A stretch of DNA of 32,000 nucleotides from Candidatus Electrothrix sp. GW3-4. GTDB taxonomy: Bacteria > Desulfobacterota > Desulfobulbia > Desulfobulbales > Desulfobulbaceae. The notes under the pieces were generated by a model that saw only the letters and a program-made list of their open reading frames with translations, ran no database searches and was not told the DNA's origin. A program made the position numbers and the translations under genes. The DNA lies in NCBI RefSeq assembly GCF_037902255.1, contig NZ_CP147990.1:3870001-3902000 (forward strand). The letters run 5' to 3'. Every line of letters begins with the position of its first letter. Position 1 is the stretch's first letter. This document shows, piece by piece, positions 1 to 9,561 of the stretch.

Positions 1-31
1 GGGATACCTTTTACCTCTCGCCGGATAGGTC

Positions 32-57
32 GAACCATACCCGAGGTATGGTTTTTC
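32..57 (+). terminator. Putative rho-independent terminator of a plus-strand gene ending at or before the window start
   Basis: Perfect 9-bp inverted repeat AACCATACC (33-41) / GGTATGGTT (45-53) with a 3-nt loop, running into TTTTT (52-56) on the plus strand only. One plus frame ends in TAG at 26-28 just upstream. There is no T-run in the minus direction, so it is less convincing as the terminator of the adaptor gene. Confidence 0.4.
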
Positions 58-134
58 CTCTCAGCGGAGAGCTTGAAGGTATCCGGTGAGAGGTTCTTGA
101 GAATCTTGTATAGGGGTAATCACTCAACTCTTTC

Positions 135-1493
135 TCAATGCCCTGCCCCATCCTTCTTTGGTGGAGCACCACCACCCTGCGGTTTCGCACCAAAAGGCGT
201 GGCATTGACCACCGTGCCGGGACGGAGCATCAGCAGGCCCTCGACAATCACCTTGTCGCCTGGCGCAAGTCCTTTCGTAACCAGCCATTTATCCTCAATG
301 GCCCGCTCCAGGACCAAGGGCCGATATTCGGCCTTGCTCTCCCCACTGACCACCAGGGCAAAGGGATCACCCTTGGAGTTACGGGACACGCCCTGCTGTG
401 GCACCATAAGGGCCTGCTCCCGGACCCCCTCCTGGATCACGGTACGGACAAACATACCCGGCAGGAGTATCCGATCCGGATTAGGAAAAACCGCCCGCAG
501 GGTGACAGAGCCCGTAGTCGGATCAACAGTCACATCACTGAACTGGAGGGTACCGTCCTGCGGATAAGCAGTGCCGTCTTCCAGCAGGAGTTTCACTGTA
601 TTTTGCTCCTCACCCCCCTCTTGCAGACCCTCATTTCGCAAAGAAAGCATCTTGGTTGCTGCCTGGGGCACATCGGCATAGATGGGATCCAGTTGTTGGA
701 TAATGGACAGTGGCCTCGCCTGATAGGCCGTGACCACGGCCCCTTCGGTCACGTTAGAGATGCCGATCCGACCCGAGATCGGGGCGGTGACCTTGGTGTA
801 GCCAAGATTGATCCGGGCGGTCTTCACTGCCGCCTCTGCCTGCTGGACTGCGGCCTGGGCAGCGGCAATTGCACTGCGGCTGCTCTCCACCTGGGCTTGG
901 GCGGATGCCAAGTCAGCCTCGGCCACAACAGCCCCGGTTGCGGCTTGATCGCGCTGGGCCGCAGAGACGATCTTTTGCTTAAAGGACTGCTCATAGCGTT
1001 TACTGTCAGATTGGGCCAGGGAAAGCTTGGCCTTGATCCGACCGATATCTGCCTGACTCGCTCTCAGTGCAGCTTTGGCTCGGTCCACCGCCTTTTTTGA
1101 GGCCAAAAGATTAGCTTCGGCATTATCCAGGGCGGCCTGAAAGGAAGACGGATCAAGCCGGTAGAGGATATCACCTGCCTTGACATCAGATCCCTCTGTA
1201 AAAAGGCGTTCCAGGATAATACCACTGACCTGGGGACGAATCTCTGCGGTGCGGAAGGCCGAGGTACGGCCTGGCAACTCGTTGGTCAACACGACCTGCT
1301 GCGGCTGCATGGTAATAAAAGACACGGCCGGGGCTGGCCGCTGGTGCCCTGCACCCTGCTGTTCCTTCTTTCCTGCAAACAGACCGGTCAGCTTGTGCAG
1401 CCAACCAGCCTGCTGCCCTTGCTCACAGCCGGACAGGAAAAGGCCAGCGAACAGGGCCAGGAACAAGAGGCTCCATGTACGTACAGTCTTCAT
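135..1493 (-). CDS. Efflux RND-type periplasmic adaptor subunit (membrane fusion protein, HlyD/AcrA family), lipoprotein
   Basis: 452-aa ORF. It has an N-terminal signal peptide with a lipobox (LFLSGC, Cys23). A long Ala/Gln-rich alpha-hairpin region (AALDNAEANLLASKKAVDRAKAALRASQADIGRIKAKL...) is flanked by beta-rich segments (ITAPISGRIG, LLPGMFV), as is typical of AcrA/MexA adaptors. GGAG lies about 6 nt upstream of the ATG. The gene starts 21 nt after the TetR gene. Confidence 0.9.
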   Translation of the reverse strand: MKTVRTWSLLFLALFAGLFLSGCEQGQQAGWLHKLTGLFAGKKEQQGAGHQRPAPAVSFITMQPQQVVLTNELPGRTSAFRTAEIRPQVSGIILERLFTEGSDVKAGDILYRLDPSSFQAALDNAEANLLASKKAVDRAKAALRASQADIGRIKAKLSLAQSDSKRYEQSFKQKIVSAAQRDQAATGAVVAEADLASAQAQVESSRSAIAAAQAAVQQAEAAVKTARINLGYTKVTAPISGRIGISNVTEGAVVTAYQARPLSIIQQLDPIYADVPQAATKMLSLRNEGLQEGGEEQNTVKLLLEDGTAYPQDGTLQFSDVTVDPTTGSVTLRAVFPNPDRILLPGMFVRTVIQEGVREQALMVPQQGVSRNSKGDPFALVVSGESKAEYRPLVLERAIEDKWLVTKGLAPGDKVIVEGLLMLRPGTVVNATPFGAKPQGGGAPPKKDGAGH

Positions 1494-1514
1494 AGTTACT
1501 CCAGGTAATATTCT

Positions 1515-2156
1515 TTATATATCAGAAGTGGTAGAGGCTTCAGGTGCCAAGAGCCCCTGAAAGAAAATATCCAAAATAGTATCCGGGGAGGTGGGATAGG
1601 AATCCCTCCTTTCCAGCCAATTAGAGAGAAAGGCATTACAGAGGCTATCCATTGCCAGGGCCAGGTGACAGGGCGTGGCAATCTGCTGAAAGCGCCCCTT
1701 CTCCATCCCCTGGGCAAAAACAGCAGCAACACGTTGGATCATCTGATGATGCCGCTCCCGCAACTCTTTGTCCAGGCCCGCCTTAATATTAAAGCTTGCC
1801 CCCCGTGTTTCAGCAAAATAGAGGCGGATAAAGGTGTCGTTACTCATAAAGACCTCTCCCTTGACCCGGATGTACGTGCGCAACTGCTCAATCTCGTCTT
1901 CTGATGAACCCAGGGCTGCGCTCAGGGCCTGATGGAACCGCTCTGCCTGTTCGGTAATCAGGGCCTTGTACATATCTTCCTTGTTTTTGAAAAACTTGTA
2001 CAAGGTCCCGACAGCAAACTCTGCCTGCTCGGCGATTTCCTGCATCGAGGCATTATGATAGCCTTTTTCAGAAAAGAGCTTCTCAGCGGCCTCAAGCATC
2101 TCCTGGCGCTGACGCTGCTTTTCCCGTTCCCGACGAGAGAGTTTTTTTTCCGCCAT
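1515..2156 (-). CDS. TetR/AcrR family transcriptional regulator
   Basis: 213-aa ORF with the characteristic N-terminal TetR helix-turn-helix (LEAAEKLFSEKGYHNASMQEIAEQAEFAVGTLYKFFKNKEDMY). AGGA lies 7 nt upstream of the ATG. It is co-oriented with and immediately upstream of the adaptor gene. Confidence 0.9.
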   Translation of the reverse strand: MAEKKLSRREREKQRQRQEMLEAAEKLFSEKGYHNASMQEIAEQAEFAVGTLYKFFKNKEDMYKALITEQAERFHQALSAALGSSEDEIEQLRTYIRVKGEVFMSNDTFIRLYFAETRGASFNIKAGLDKELRERHHQMIQRVAAVFAQGMEKGRFQQIATPCHLALAMDSLCNAFLSNWLERRDSYPTSPDTILDIFFQGLLAPEASTTSDI

Positions 2157-2450
2157 AAAGCATGTCCTACCTATTTTTATTTCTCAACCACCTCAATACA
2201 ACCAATGCACAATCTCCATTGTCGGCAAAAAAACAACAAGAACATTCATTTTAAGAACAAACAAAGTCATATTATGAATTACGGTTCACTCTATAGTATA
2301 TTCACTCGCCCTGTCAAGCAAAATAGAAATACAACCACCATTAACTCCACTCGTCACCAGCAAAAAATGCTCTGTGATGCTCCGTATCCAATGGGTGAGA
2401 TCCTGAGAATAAAGAATCCACCCCCAGAGAGGGTGATTTTTTATGACGAA

Positions 2451-2487
2451 ACAAAAAAGGGCAGCTTTCACCCGGTGAAAGCTGCCC
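2451..2487 (-). terminator. Rho-independent terminator of glnA
   Basis: 13-bp perfect stem GGGCAGCTTTCAC (2459-2471) / GTGAAAGCTGCCC (2475-2487) with a 3-nt loop. On the minus strand it is followed by TTTTTT (2453-2458). It sits about 50 nt downstream of the glnA stop. Confidence 0.85.
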
Positions 2488-2534
2488 TTACAGTCTCTTT
2501 ACAAGCTCGCTCTTTACATAGCGAACCCGACTGG

Positions 2535-3884
2535 CTAGTAATTATTCAGGTAGTTATTCAGCTCCCAATCGGTTACTGCGGTACGGTAATCATCCCACTC
2601 TTGCTCTTTGTTCTCAATATAGTTTTCCAGGATATGAGAGCCAAGGGTTTCGTCAGCAATGGGATTCATCTTCAACGCGTCAATAGCCTCTTTCAGATTG
2701 GCGGGCAGACTATCGATTCCAGCAGCCTCTTTTTCAGCAGGGGTCATAGAGAAGATATCCTGATCAACTGAGCTCGGTGCCTCCAGATTATTCTTAACAC
2801 CGTCCAGACCGGAGTTCAGCATCATAGCAAAGGCCAGGTATGGATTACAGGTGGGATCCGGACAACGAACCTCAGTACGGGTTCCCACTCCACGTGAGGC
2901 CGGAATACGGATCAGAGCAGAACGGTTAGAAGCAGACCAGGCAACGTAAACCGGGGCCTCGTAGCCCGGAACCAGGCGCTTGTAGGAGTTAACCAGCGGA
3001 TTGGTAACCGCAGCAAAGCCAGCAGCGTTCTTGACCAGTCCACCGATATACTTGTAGGCGGTTTCAGAGAGCTGCAGCGGCCCCTTCTCATCAAAAAAGG
3101 CATTGGTGCCGTCCAGATTGAACAGAGACTGGTTGGTATGCATACCGGAACCGTTGATGCCAAAGACCGGCTTGGGCATGAAGGTGGCGTGCAAACCATA
3201 CTCGGCCGCAATAGAGCGAACAACCCACTTGAAAGTTACGGTGTTGTCAGCAGCTGTCAATGCATCAGCATACTTGAAGTTCACCTCGTGCTGTCCTTCA
3301 GCAACCTCGTGATGAGAGGCTTCGATCTCAAAGCCCATAGCCTCCAGGGTCTCGATGATCTCACGACGGCAGTTGATCCCCTTATCGCCAGGATCAACAT
3401 CAAAATAACCAGCCACATCATGGGTAACGGTGCTGCCAGTACCGTCTTCGTTCAGCTCAAAGAGGAAGAACTCGGCCTCGGTGCCCACGTTCATGGTGTA
3501 GCCCATGTCTTTGGCCTCAGCAAGAACCCGCTTCAGGTTATTCCGCGGGCAGCCCTCAAAAGGGGTACCATCAGCCTTAGCCACGTCGCAGATAATCCGG
3601 GCAGCATTGGTGCCACTCTGGTTTCTCCAGGGCAGGACAGTAAAGGTGTTGAAATCTGGTTTCAGGTACATATCAGACTCGTTGATGCGAACAAAGCCAT
3701 CAATGGAAGAACCATCAAACATCATGTTGCCGTCCAGGGCTTTCTCAATCTGGCTCAGCGGAATGGCGACATTCTTCATATTACCCAGAATATCGACAAA
3801 CTGGAGCCGGAAGAAATGCACATTCTGCTCCTCGATAATTTTCATGATCTCTTCACGAGTTGTCTTATTGCAGTTGCAGCCCAT
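2535..3884 (-). CDS. glnA: Glutamine synthetase, type I (GSI-alpha-like, about 449 aa)
   Basis: Strong resemblance to type I GS along the whole ORF ([86 protein letters not shown]). I moved the start from 3971 to the ATG at 3884 because AAGGAG lies 6 nt upstream and the N-terminus then aligns with Bacillus-type GS. The 3971 start would overlap glnD. Confidence 0.95.
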   Translation of the reverse strand: MGCNCNKTTREEIMKIIEEQNVHFFRLQFVDILGNMKNVAIPLSQIEKALDGNMMFDGSSIDGFVRINESDMYLKPDFNTFTVLPWRNQSGTNAARIICDVAKADGTPFEGCPRNNLKRVLAEAKDMGYTMNVGTEAEFFLFELNEDGTGSTVTHDVAGYFDVDPGDKGINCRREIIETLEAMGFEIEASHHEVAEGQHEVNFKYADALTAADNTVTFKWVVRSIAAEYGLHATFMPKPVFGINGSGMHTNQSLFNLDGTNAFFDEKGPLQLSETAYKYIGGLVKNAAGFAAVTNPLVNSYKRLVPGYEAPVYVAWSASNRSALIRIPASRGVGTRTEVRCPDPTCNPYLAFAMMLNSGLDGVKNNLEAPSSVDQDIFSMTPAEKEAAGIDSLPANLKEAIDALKMNPIADETLGSHILENYIENKEQEWDDYRTAVTDWELNNYLNNY

Positions 3885-3948
3885 TTTGATCTCCTTATTA
3901 CATGTAGGTGTTATTAAAATACTCCGGCAGGCCGGATAATTAAACGTA

Positions 3949-6530
3949 TTACGACGCCTCTTCTCCATCACTGACGATATGGAGCAGGGTCTTTTGCACC
4001 CTGTTGAGGAGCTCGTGGTTACTTACTTTTTCCTGATCTTCCGTGGTCACATAAAAAACATCTATGAGCTGTTCCACTTCAGTGGCTATTCTCGCCCGGT
4101 GAATGTTCAGGTGAAAGTCGGACAGGACCTGAGTCAGCTGATACAGGGCTCCGGGTCGTTCACCACCATGGACCTCAATAACCGTATGACGAGCCGAGAT
4201 ATCATTATCTATGACGATCTCGTTATGCAACTGCTGGACCTGCCGTCTGCGTCCGTGAAGCGAAGACTCCAACTTAGTGTAGAGCGTTCGCCCTACATCC
4301 AGGCGATAATTGACCGCCTGATTCAGATCATACTCAAGGGCATCCCAATTCTGCTCATCAAAGGCTATTGCCGCCTCCGGCGCCAGATCCAGCATATCCA
4401 CCACGGTTCCGTCGGGCCAGGTAAAGATCTGGGCGGCCAGCACAGAGAGATTATGCAGGGCCAGTACCCCACAGAGCCGGGCCAACAGGCCCTGCCGGTC
4501 TCGGCAGAGCATGAGCAGCGACCAGGACCCCTGTTTCTTTTCCGGGAACAACAGGACCTTCTGTTGCAGGAGAACAGCATGATCCCGGTGCAGGCGCAGA
4601 TGGTCCAGAACGACTTCCGGGGTAAAGCTGACCAGATAATCCGGTGGCAGGTCCTCTACAGCCATACGCAAGGGAGCCTCATCCGGCTGAAGCTGATCAC
4701 GGACCTGCCCCCGTAACCAGGCAGCCCCCTGCTCTTCCCCCTGCTCAACATGGACATCAGTGGTACATTCCGCCTCCAGACAGGAGCGCACCTTGAGAAA
4801 CAGGTCACTCAGCAGGGTAGCCTTCCAGGCTGACCAGGCTGAAGGCCCTGTTGCCTTGGAGTCGGCCACAGACAAGAGATAGAGCATGGTCAACAACTCA
4901 GTTTCTTTGATCAGCTCGGCTGTGTCGTGAATAAAGACCTGATCCCCCAGATCACGACGAAGGGCATTTTCCGGGAGAAAGAGGTGATGACGAACAAGAA
5001 AGGCCAAGACATCACACTCTTTCTCTTCCAACCCCATCCGCTGCCCGACCTCATCAATAAGATCTGCCCCTAACACAGAATGATCCTTACGCTGCCCCTT
5101 GCCGATATCATGGAGCAGAGCCGCCAGGTACAGCAGATGCGGGGCAGTAAGGGAGGCAAAAAGTTCTTCCTCTGTTTGGCGCAAGGTGTACAGCTCCGCC
5201 ACCGTCTGGATTTGATGACGATCCACGGTATAAATATGATACAGATCATGCTGGGCCAGGGATTCCACGGTACCGAACTCCGGGATATAGGCGGACAGGA
5301 GGCCGGTTTCCAGCATGATTTCCAAGGCAGACGCAGGATTATTTTTTTCTGTCAGCAGGCCGATGAATGCATTAGCAACTCGCTTGGAAGAACGAAAATG
5401 ATCATTCACCACGTGCAGATTTCGGGTAACGGTCCGACGACTGCTGTGATGAATCGGCACTCCCCTCCGCACAGCCTGCAAAAAAAGGCGCATCAGTACC
5501 GCAGGGCGGGCGGCAAGATCTGACTCAGTAACGGCCAAACGCAGGGTCTTTGCCCGGACACAGATATCCCGCTCAACCTCCTGCTCGCCCTTATCCTTTT
5601 CACTAAGCCCTAAAAGTTCATGAACCTGCTCAAAAAAGAGGCTCGTCACAACGGAGATGGTCTGCAGGTGCCCATAGACCTCACGCATAAAGTGCTCAAC
5701 TGCCAACATCCCCATCCGGTCCTTATAGCCGAAGGCAGCTGCCATTTCTTCCTGCAATTCAAAATGCATCTGGTCGTTATGGCGGCGACTGACATAATGG
5801 AGCCGATTGCGGATCCGAGCCAGCATATTCCAGGATTCCTGAAAACTGCGACGATCAGCTAAAGACAACATACCAGCATCCTGCATAGCATCAAGATCCG
5901 GGAGTCCAAAAACCGCTTTTGCTGTCCAGAGCATGGCCTGGATATCCCGCATCCCACCGCGTCCTTCTTTAATATGGGGCTCCAAGCGATAGGCATGGGA
6001 ACCATATTTCTGCTGGCGTTTCTCGCACATTGCATCCATTGTGCAAACAAAATACTGCCGTTGCCCGTAGAGGATCTTCTTCTGGTAACGTTCCAGCAAC
6101 TCCCGATACAGGGACTCCGAGCCCGTAATCAGCCGGGCATCCAGGAGAGAGACTTCAAAGATAAAATCTTCTTTGGCAAATCGGATGGCATCTTTCACGC
6201 CACGAACACTGTGACCAACCTCAAAGCCTGCATCCCAGAGGGGATAGAGGATGGATTCCGCCACTGCGCGTATGTCTTTTTGGGACTTACGATCATGGAG
6301 CAGCAGGAGATCCACATCGGAATAGGGATAAAGCTCCCGGCGCCCATATCCACCTAAGGCAACAAGGGTTATCTTCCCGCACGCCTGCTTCACTGCGGCG
6401 GAAGCATTGAACTGGTCAAGAATAAAACGGTCGACCAACTCTGTATGTTGCTGCAGCAGTTGATGCCCACTCAAGCCCTGTTGCCAGAGTTCTTCCAGGG
6501 CCTGCCGTTGAGCATGCAGTTCCAGGGACA

Positions 6531-6531
<1 letters not shown>
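3949..6531 (-). CDS. glnD: [Protein-PII] uridylyltransferase / uridylyl-removing enzyme
   Basis: 860-aa ORF. It has an N-terminal nucleotidyltransferase motif ([24 protein letters not shown]), a central HD domain (LLHDIGKG) and two C-terminal ACT-like repeats ([31 protein letters not shown]; [33 protein letters not shown]). Its start codon shares one nt with the P-II stop (TGATG at 6529-6533). Confidence 0.92.
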
Positions 6532-6920
<389 letters not shown>

Positions 6921-7243
6921 TCACCTGATATCCCCAGTAACTCCATGAACGCCAGCATACAACGAGAACTCAAAACTTGAAACAGTGAACTGAGGGAATT
7001 CATTATAGGCTGCTTCAGCGTGTTCGCTATAATTCAGCCCCAGAAGAATACCCATCGACGCACACCTATCGTCACATGGAAGACTTTCACAAAAATCCAA
7101 GAGACTGCCTCAATCACCGGAAAACCAGCTGCTCCGTATTTCCGTTCGGCAATTCGTCAACTCCGCTGGAATTCAACGCCGAGGTGACCACTGCAAACAT
7201 GCACAGGGAGTGCATACGAAGATCATCACATTCGTGCAAGAGA

Positions 7244-7259
7244 AGCAAAATCTATTCCA
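7244..7259 (-). promoter_or_regulatory. Candidate sigma-54 (-24/-12) promoter upstream of glnB-glnD-glnA
   Basis: The minus strand reads TGGAATAGATTTTGCT. GG and GC have the canonical spacing of TGGCACG-N4-TTGCW, and 9 of 12 consensus positions match. It points toward glnB but lies about 375 nt upstream of its ATG, implying a long leader. This is pattern matching by eye only. Confidence 0.3.
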
Positions 7260-7304
7260 CCTCCCACAACACAACTTCATGACCATACAATAAACAAGTT
7301 ATTG

Positions 7305-7325
7305 TTTTTTTGCATTGCAAAAAAA
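7305..7325. promoter_or_regulatory. A/T-rich 21-bp palindrome in the glnB/htrA divergent intergenic region (possible protein-binding site)
   Basis: TTTTTTTGCA-T-TGCAAAAAAA, with 10-bp perfect arms around position 7315. It lies between divergently transcribed genes, so it is not a terminator. It sits about 50-70 nt upstream of the candidate sigma-54 element. Confidence 0.3.
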
Positions 7326-7595
7326 ATTACAAAATCGTAATCAAGAAAAATATTATTCACAAACTTGTTTCACACAACGCCCTGCTCACCGCAAAAAGAA
7401 AACAAATTCCATCTGCAAACCATCGGACTCATCCCTGACCGGATCTGCGTTCCATTGCAGAGGAGAAAGATTCCCTTATTTTCACAATTCCCCCTTGACG
7501 CTTTTGCTGGAAGGTATAACAGTAGGATCAGTTCATAAAAAGGATCGAGCAAGACAAAAAAGCCCCTCCTGAAATCTTCCATAATATCTAACAGC

Positions 7596-9080
7596 ATGGA
7601 GTTGTTGAGAACAATGAAACAGAAGCATGTTATTCAACGATTAAGTATGATGGCGATTTTCGCGCTCTGTTTTTTTCTGCTGACAATGCCAGCAGGAGCA
7701 GCGAATCAGGAAAACGATATTGCGATGCTGGATCGCTCTGCCAAGGCGTTCAGCTCTGTTGTTCGAAAAGCCGGGCCAGCGGTCGTCTATATCGGGGTGG
7801 AGAAAACAAACAAAACCTTTAACGGACATGGCCAACTGGACATGTTCAACGATCCCTTTTTCGAACATTTTTTCGGAAAAAAATTTGATCGCTTTCGTCA
7901 GGAACCAAGCCCGTTTAAGCAGCACGGAGCGGGTTCCGGTTTTATTATCTCCAAAGACGGCCTGATCATGACAAATAATCATGTGGTCGATGATGCCGAT
8001 ACCATCAGAGTCAGACTTGCTGACAAGCGGGAATTCACAGCCTCAGTAGTAGGGACCGATCCCCAGTCCGATGTCGCCCTGATTAAAATCGACGGAAAAA
8101 ATTTACCCACCCTGCCCTTAGGAGATTCCAATAAACTGGAAGTCGGCGAATGGGTCATAGCCATCGGCAGCCCCTTTGAGCTCAGCCAAACGGTCACCGT
8201 TGGCGTGGTTTCTGCCAAGGGCCGTTCCCGAATGGGAATTAACGACTATGAAAATTTCATCCAGACAGATGCCGCTATCAATCCGGGCAACTCAGGTGGC
8301 CCGCTGCTCAATATTCATGGCAAGGTGGTGGGGATAAATACGGCTATTTTCTCCCGCAGTGGGGGCTATATGGGAATCGGCTTTGCCATCCCTATCAATA
8401 TGGCCACGTCTGTTGAAGAACAGCTGCGCAGCAACGGCAAGGTGACGCGCGGATGGTTGGGGCTGGCCATTCAGGAAATGAACGAAGACCTTGCCCGGTC
8501 CTTTGGCGTAAACAAGGCAGAAGGAATTCTGGTTGCCGAGGTAACCAAGGGCTCACCGGCAGAAAAAGCAGGCATCCAGCAGGGCGATATCCTCCTCTCC
8601 CTGAATAACGACAAGGTCATTGACGTTACCGCCCTGCGCAATCGCATCGCCATGACCCCTCCGGGCAGCAAGGTAAGCCTGCAGATTTTCCGGGAGGGAA
8701 GAAAAAAAGAGATACCTGTTATTATCGCTGAGCAACCAGCCAATTTCAGCCGGGTCACCAGGATGCGCTCAAGAAAAAACAACAGTTCGCTTCTCGACAA
8801 TATGGGCCTGACCCTGCAGGAACTGACGCCAGAGCTTGCCAAACAATTCGGTTATGCTGAAGAACAAGGCATTCTTATCACTCAAGTTGCTCCAGATACC
8901 CCTGCGGACAGTGTCGGCATGCAGGCGGGACAACTTATTGAGGAGGTGAACAGAGTACGGGTACATAACATGGCTGAGTTGAAAAAAGCGGTCAAAAAAG
9001 GAAAGGATCCCAACCAGCTTCTCCTGCGTATTCGAGCCGGAGAGTACAGCAAGTACATGGTCTTGCGGGTCGATAAGTAG
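7596..9080 (+). CDS. htrA: Periplasmic serine endoprotease, HtrA/DegP/DegQ family (trypsin-like domain plus two PDZ domains)
   Basis: 494-aa ORF with a signal peptide (MMAIFALCFFLLTMPAGAAN). The catalytic triad contexts are present (TNNHVV; SDVALIKI; GNSGGPL). Two PDZ-like segments follow (GWLGLAIQEMNEDLARSFGV...GDILLSLNN and MGLTLQELTPELAKQFGY...GQLIEEVNR). The start could alternatively be Met7 (7614). Confidence 0.93.
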   Translation: MELLRTMKQKHVIQRLSMMAIFALCFFLLTMPAGAANQENDIAMLDRSAKAFSSVVRKAGPAVVYIGVEKTNKTFNGHGQLDMFNDPFFEHFFGKKFDRFRQEPSPFKQHGAGSGFIISKDGLIMTNNHVVDDADTIRVRLADKREFTASVVGTDPQSDVALIKIDGKNLPTLPLGDSNKLEVGEWVIAIGSPFELSQTVTVGVVSAKGRSRMGINDYENFIQTDAAINPGNSGGPLLNIHGKVVGINTAIFSRSGGYMGIGFAIPINMATSVEEQLRSNGKVTRGWLGLAIQEMNEDLARSFGVNKAEGILVAEVTKGSPAEKAGIQQGDILLSLNNDKVIDVTALRNRIAMTPPGSKVSLQIFREGRKKEIPVIIAEQPANFSRVTRMRSRKNNSSLLDNMGLTLQELTPELAKQFGYAEEQGILITQVAPDTPADSVGMQAGQLIEEVNRVRVHNMAELKKAVKKGKDPNQLLLRIRAGEYSKYMVLRVDK

Positions 9081-9107
9081 CCAACCATTGCACCAAACTA
9101 TTACACG

Positions 9108-9145
9108 CGCTCTTGGGCTGCTGGCCCAAGAGCGTTCCTCTTTCT
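9108..9145 (+). terminator. Rho-independent terminator of htrA
   Basis: 11-bp perfect stem CGCTCTTGGGC (9108-9118) / GCCCAAGAGCG (9124-9134) with a 5-nt loop, followed by a T-rich tract (TTCCTCTTTCTC). It begins 28 nt after the htrA stop. Confidence 0.65.
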
Positions 9146-9159
9146 CATTGCCATTTTTT

Positions 9160-9561
9160 ATGTCTACGACTTCCTCTCTTGATCCCCCCATCAATTCCTT
9201 GGCAGAGCTTAGCGCTGCTGTCTGTCAATTTGCCGAACAACGCGATTGGGACCAATTTCATAACCCGAAGAATCTCTCTATGGCCCTTATTGTTGAAGCG
9301 GCTGAACTGGTGGAACATTTCCAATGGCTGACCCGCCAGGAAAGCAGCCATCTCAACGGAGAACAACAAGATGCAGTGGCCATGGAAATGGCCGATGTAC
9401 TCATCTATCTCGTGCGGATGGCAGAACGGCTGGATATTAACCTGTTAGATGCTGCCCGGAAAAAGCTGGTGCTCAATGGCAAAAAATATCCGGTTGAGCA
9501 GGCCAAAGGGAGGGCGGATAAATACACCCATTATCAAACTCAAACCGGGAAGAATCGTTGA
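9160..9561 (+). CDS. MazG-like nucleotide pyrophosphohydrolase (small all-alpha NTP-PPase, dCTPase/YpjD-like)
   Basis: Motifs typical of the small MazG family are present: FAEQRDWDQFHNPKNLSMALIVEAAELVEHFQW and AMEMADVLIYLVRMAERLDINL...KYP. I moved the start from 9088 to the Met at 9160 because the 9088 version would contain the htrA terminator hairpin. No clear SD is visible. Confidence 0.8.
   Translation: MSTTSSLDPPINSLAELSAAVCQFAEQRDWDQFHNPKNLSMALIVEAAELVEHFQWLTRQESSHLNGEQQDAVAMEMADVLIYLVRMAERLDINLLDAARKKLVLNGKKYPVEQAKGRADKYTHYQTQTGKNR

Noticed and set aside
1-134. A possible start of an AcrB-like RND pump gene after the adaptor.
   Set aside because: I translated all three minus-strand frames by hand. 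None gives the conserved RND N-terminus (M..FFI.RPIFA-like), and two of them hit stops within the segment.
138-1100. Long antisense or alternate-frame ORFs overlapping well-supported genes. Examples are 138-1100 (+), 73-567 (+), 3138-3917 (+), 3979-4716 (+), 10020-10607 (-), 10968-11519 (-), 11675-12316 (-), 26912-27373 (-) and 29357-30115 (+).
   Set aside because: They lie opposite to or out of frame with ORFs that have clear family signatures. Their translations are low-complexity or Arg/Gly/Pro-rich with no recognisable motifs. They are typical shadow ORFs in moderately GC-rich coding DNA.
2284-2306. A direct repeat TTCACTC ... TTCACTC flanking CTATAG upstream of the TetR gene, as a possible TetR operator.
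   Set aside because: TetR operators are normally inverted rather than direct repeats. The motif is short and lies about 130 nt from the start codon, so there is no basis for a confident call.
3915-3935. A small GC hairpin (CCGGCAGGCCGG) between glnD and glnA that could be an intercistronic attenuator.
   Set aside because: The stem is only 4-5 bp with a 2-4 nt loop, and there is no proper U-tract. That is too weak to call a terminator or processing site.
3885-3971. A 29-codon N-terminal extension of glnA (ORF-track start at 3971) that overlaps the glnD stop.
   Set aside because: The internal ATG at 3884 has a perfect AAGGAG SD at 6-nt spacing and gives an N-terminus collinear with known GSI-alpha enzymes. 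The extension ([17 protein letters not shown]...) resembles no GS.
7495-7520. TTGACG ... TATAAC, sigma-70-like hexamers upstream of htrA.
   Set aside because: The spacer is only 14 nt (7501-7514), well below the functional 16-18 nt range. It is a good hexamer match but an implausible promoter.
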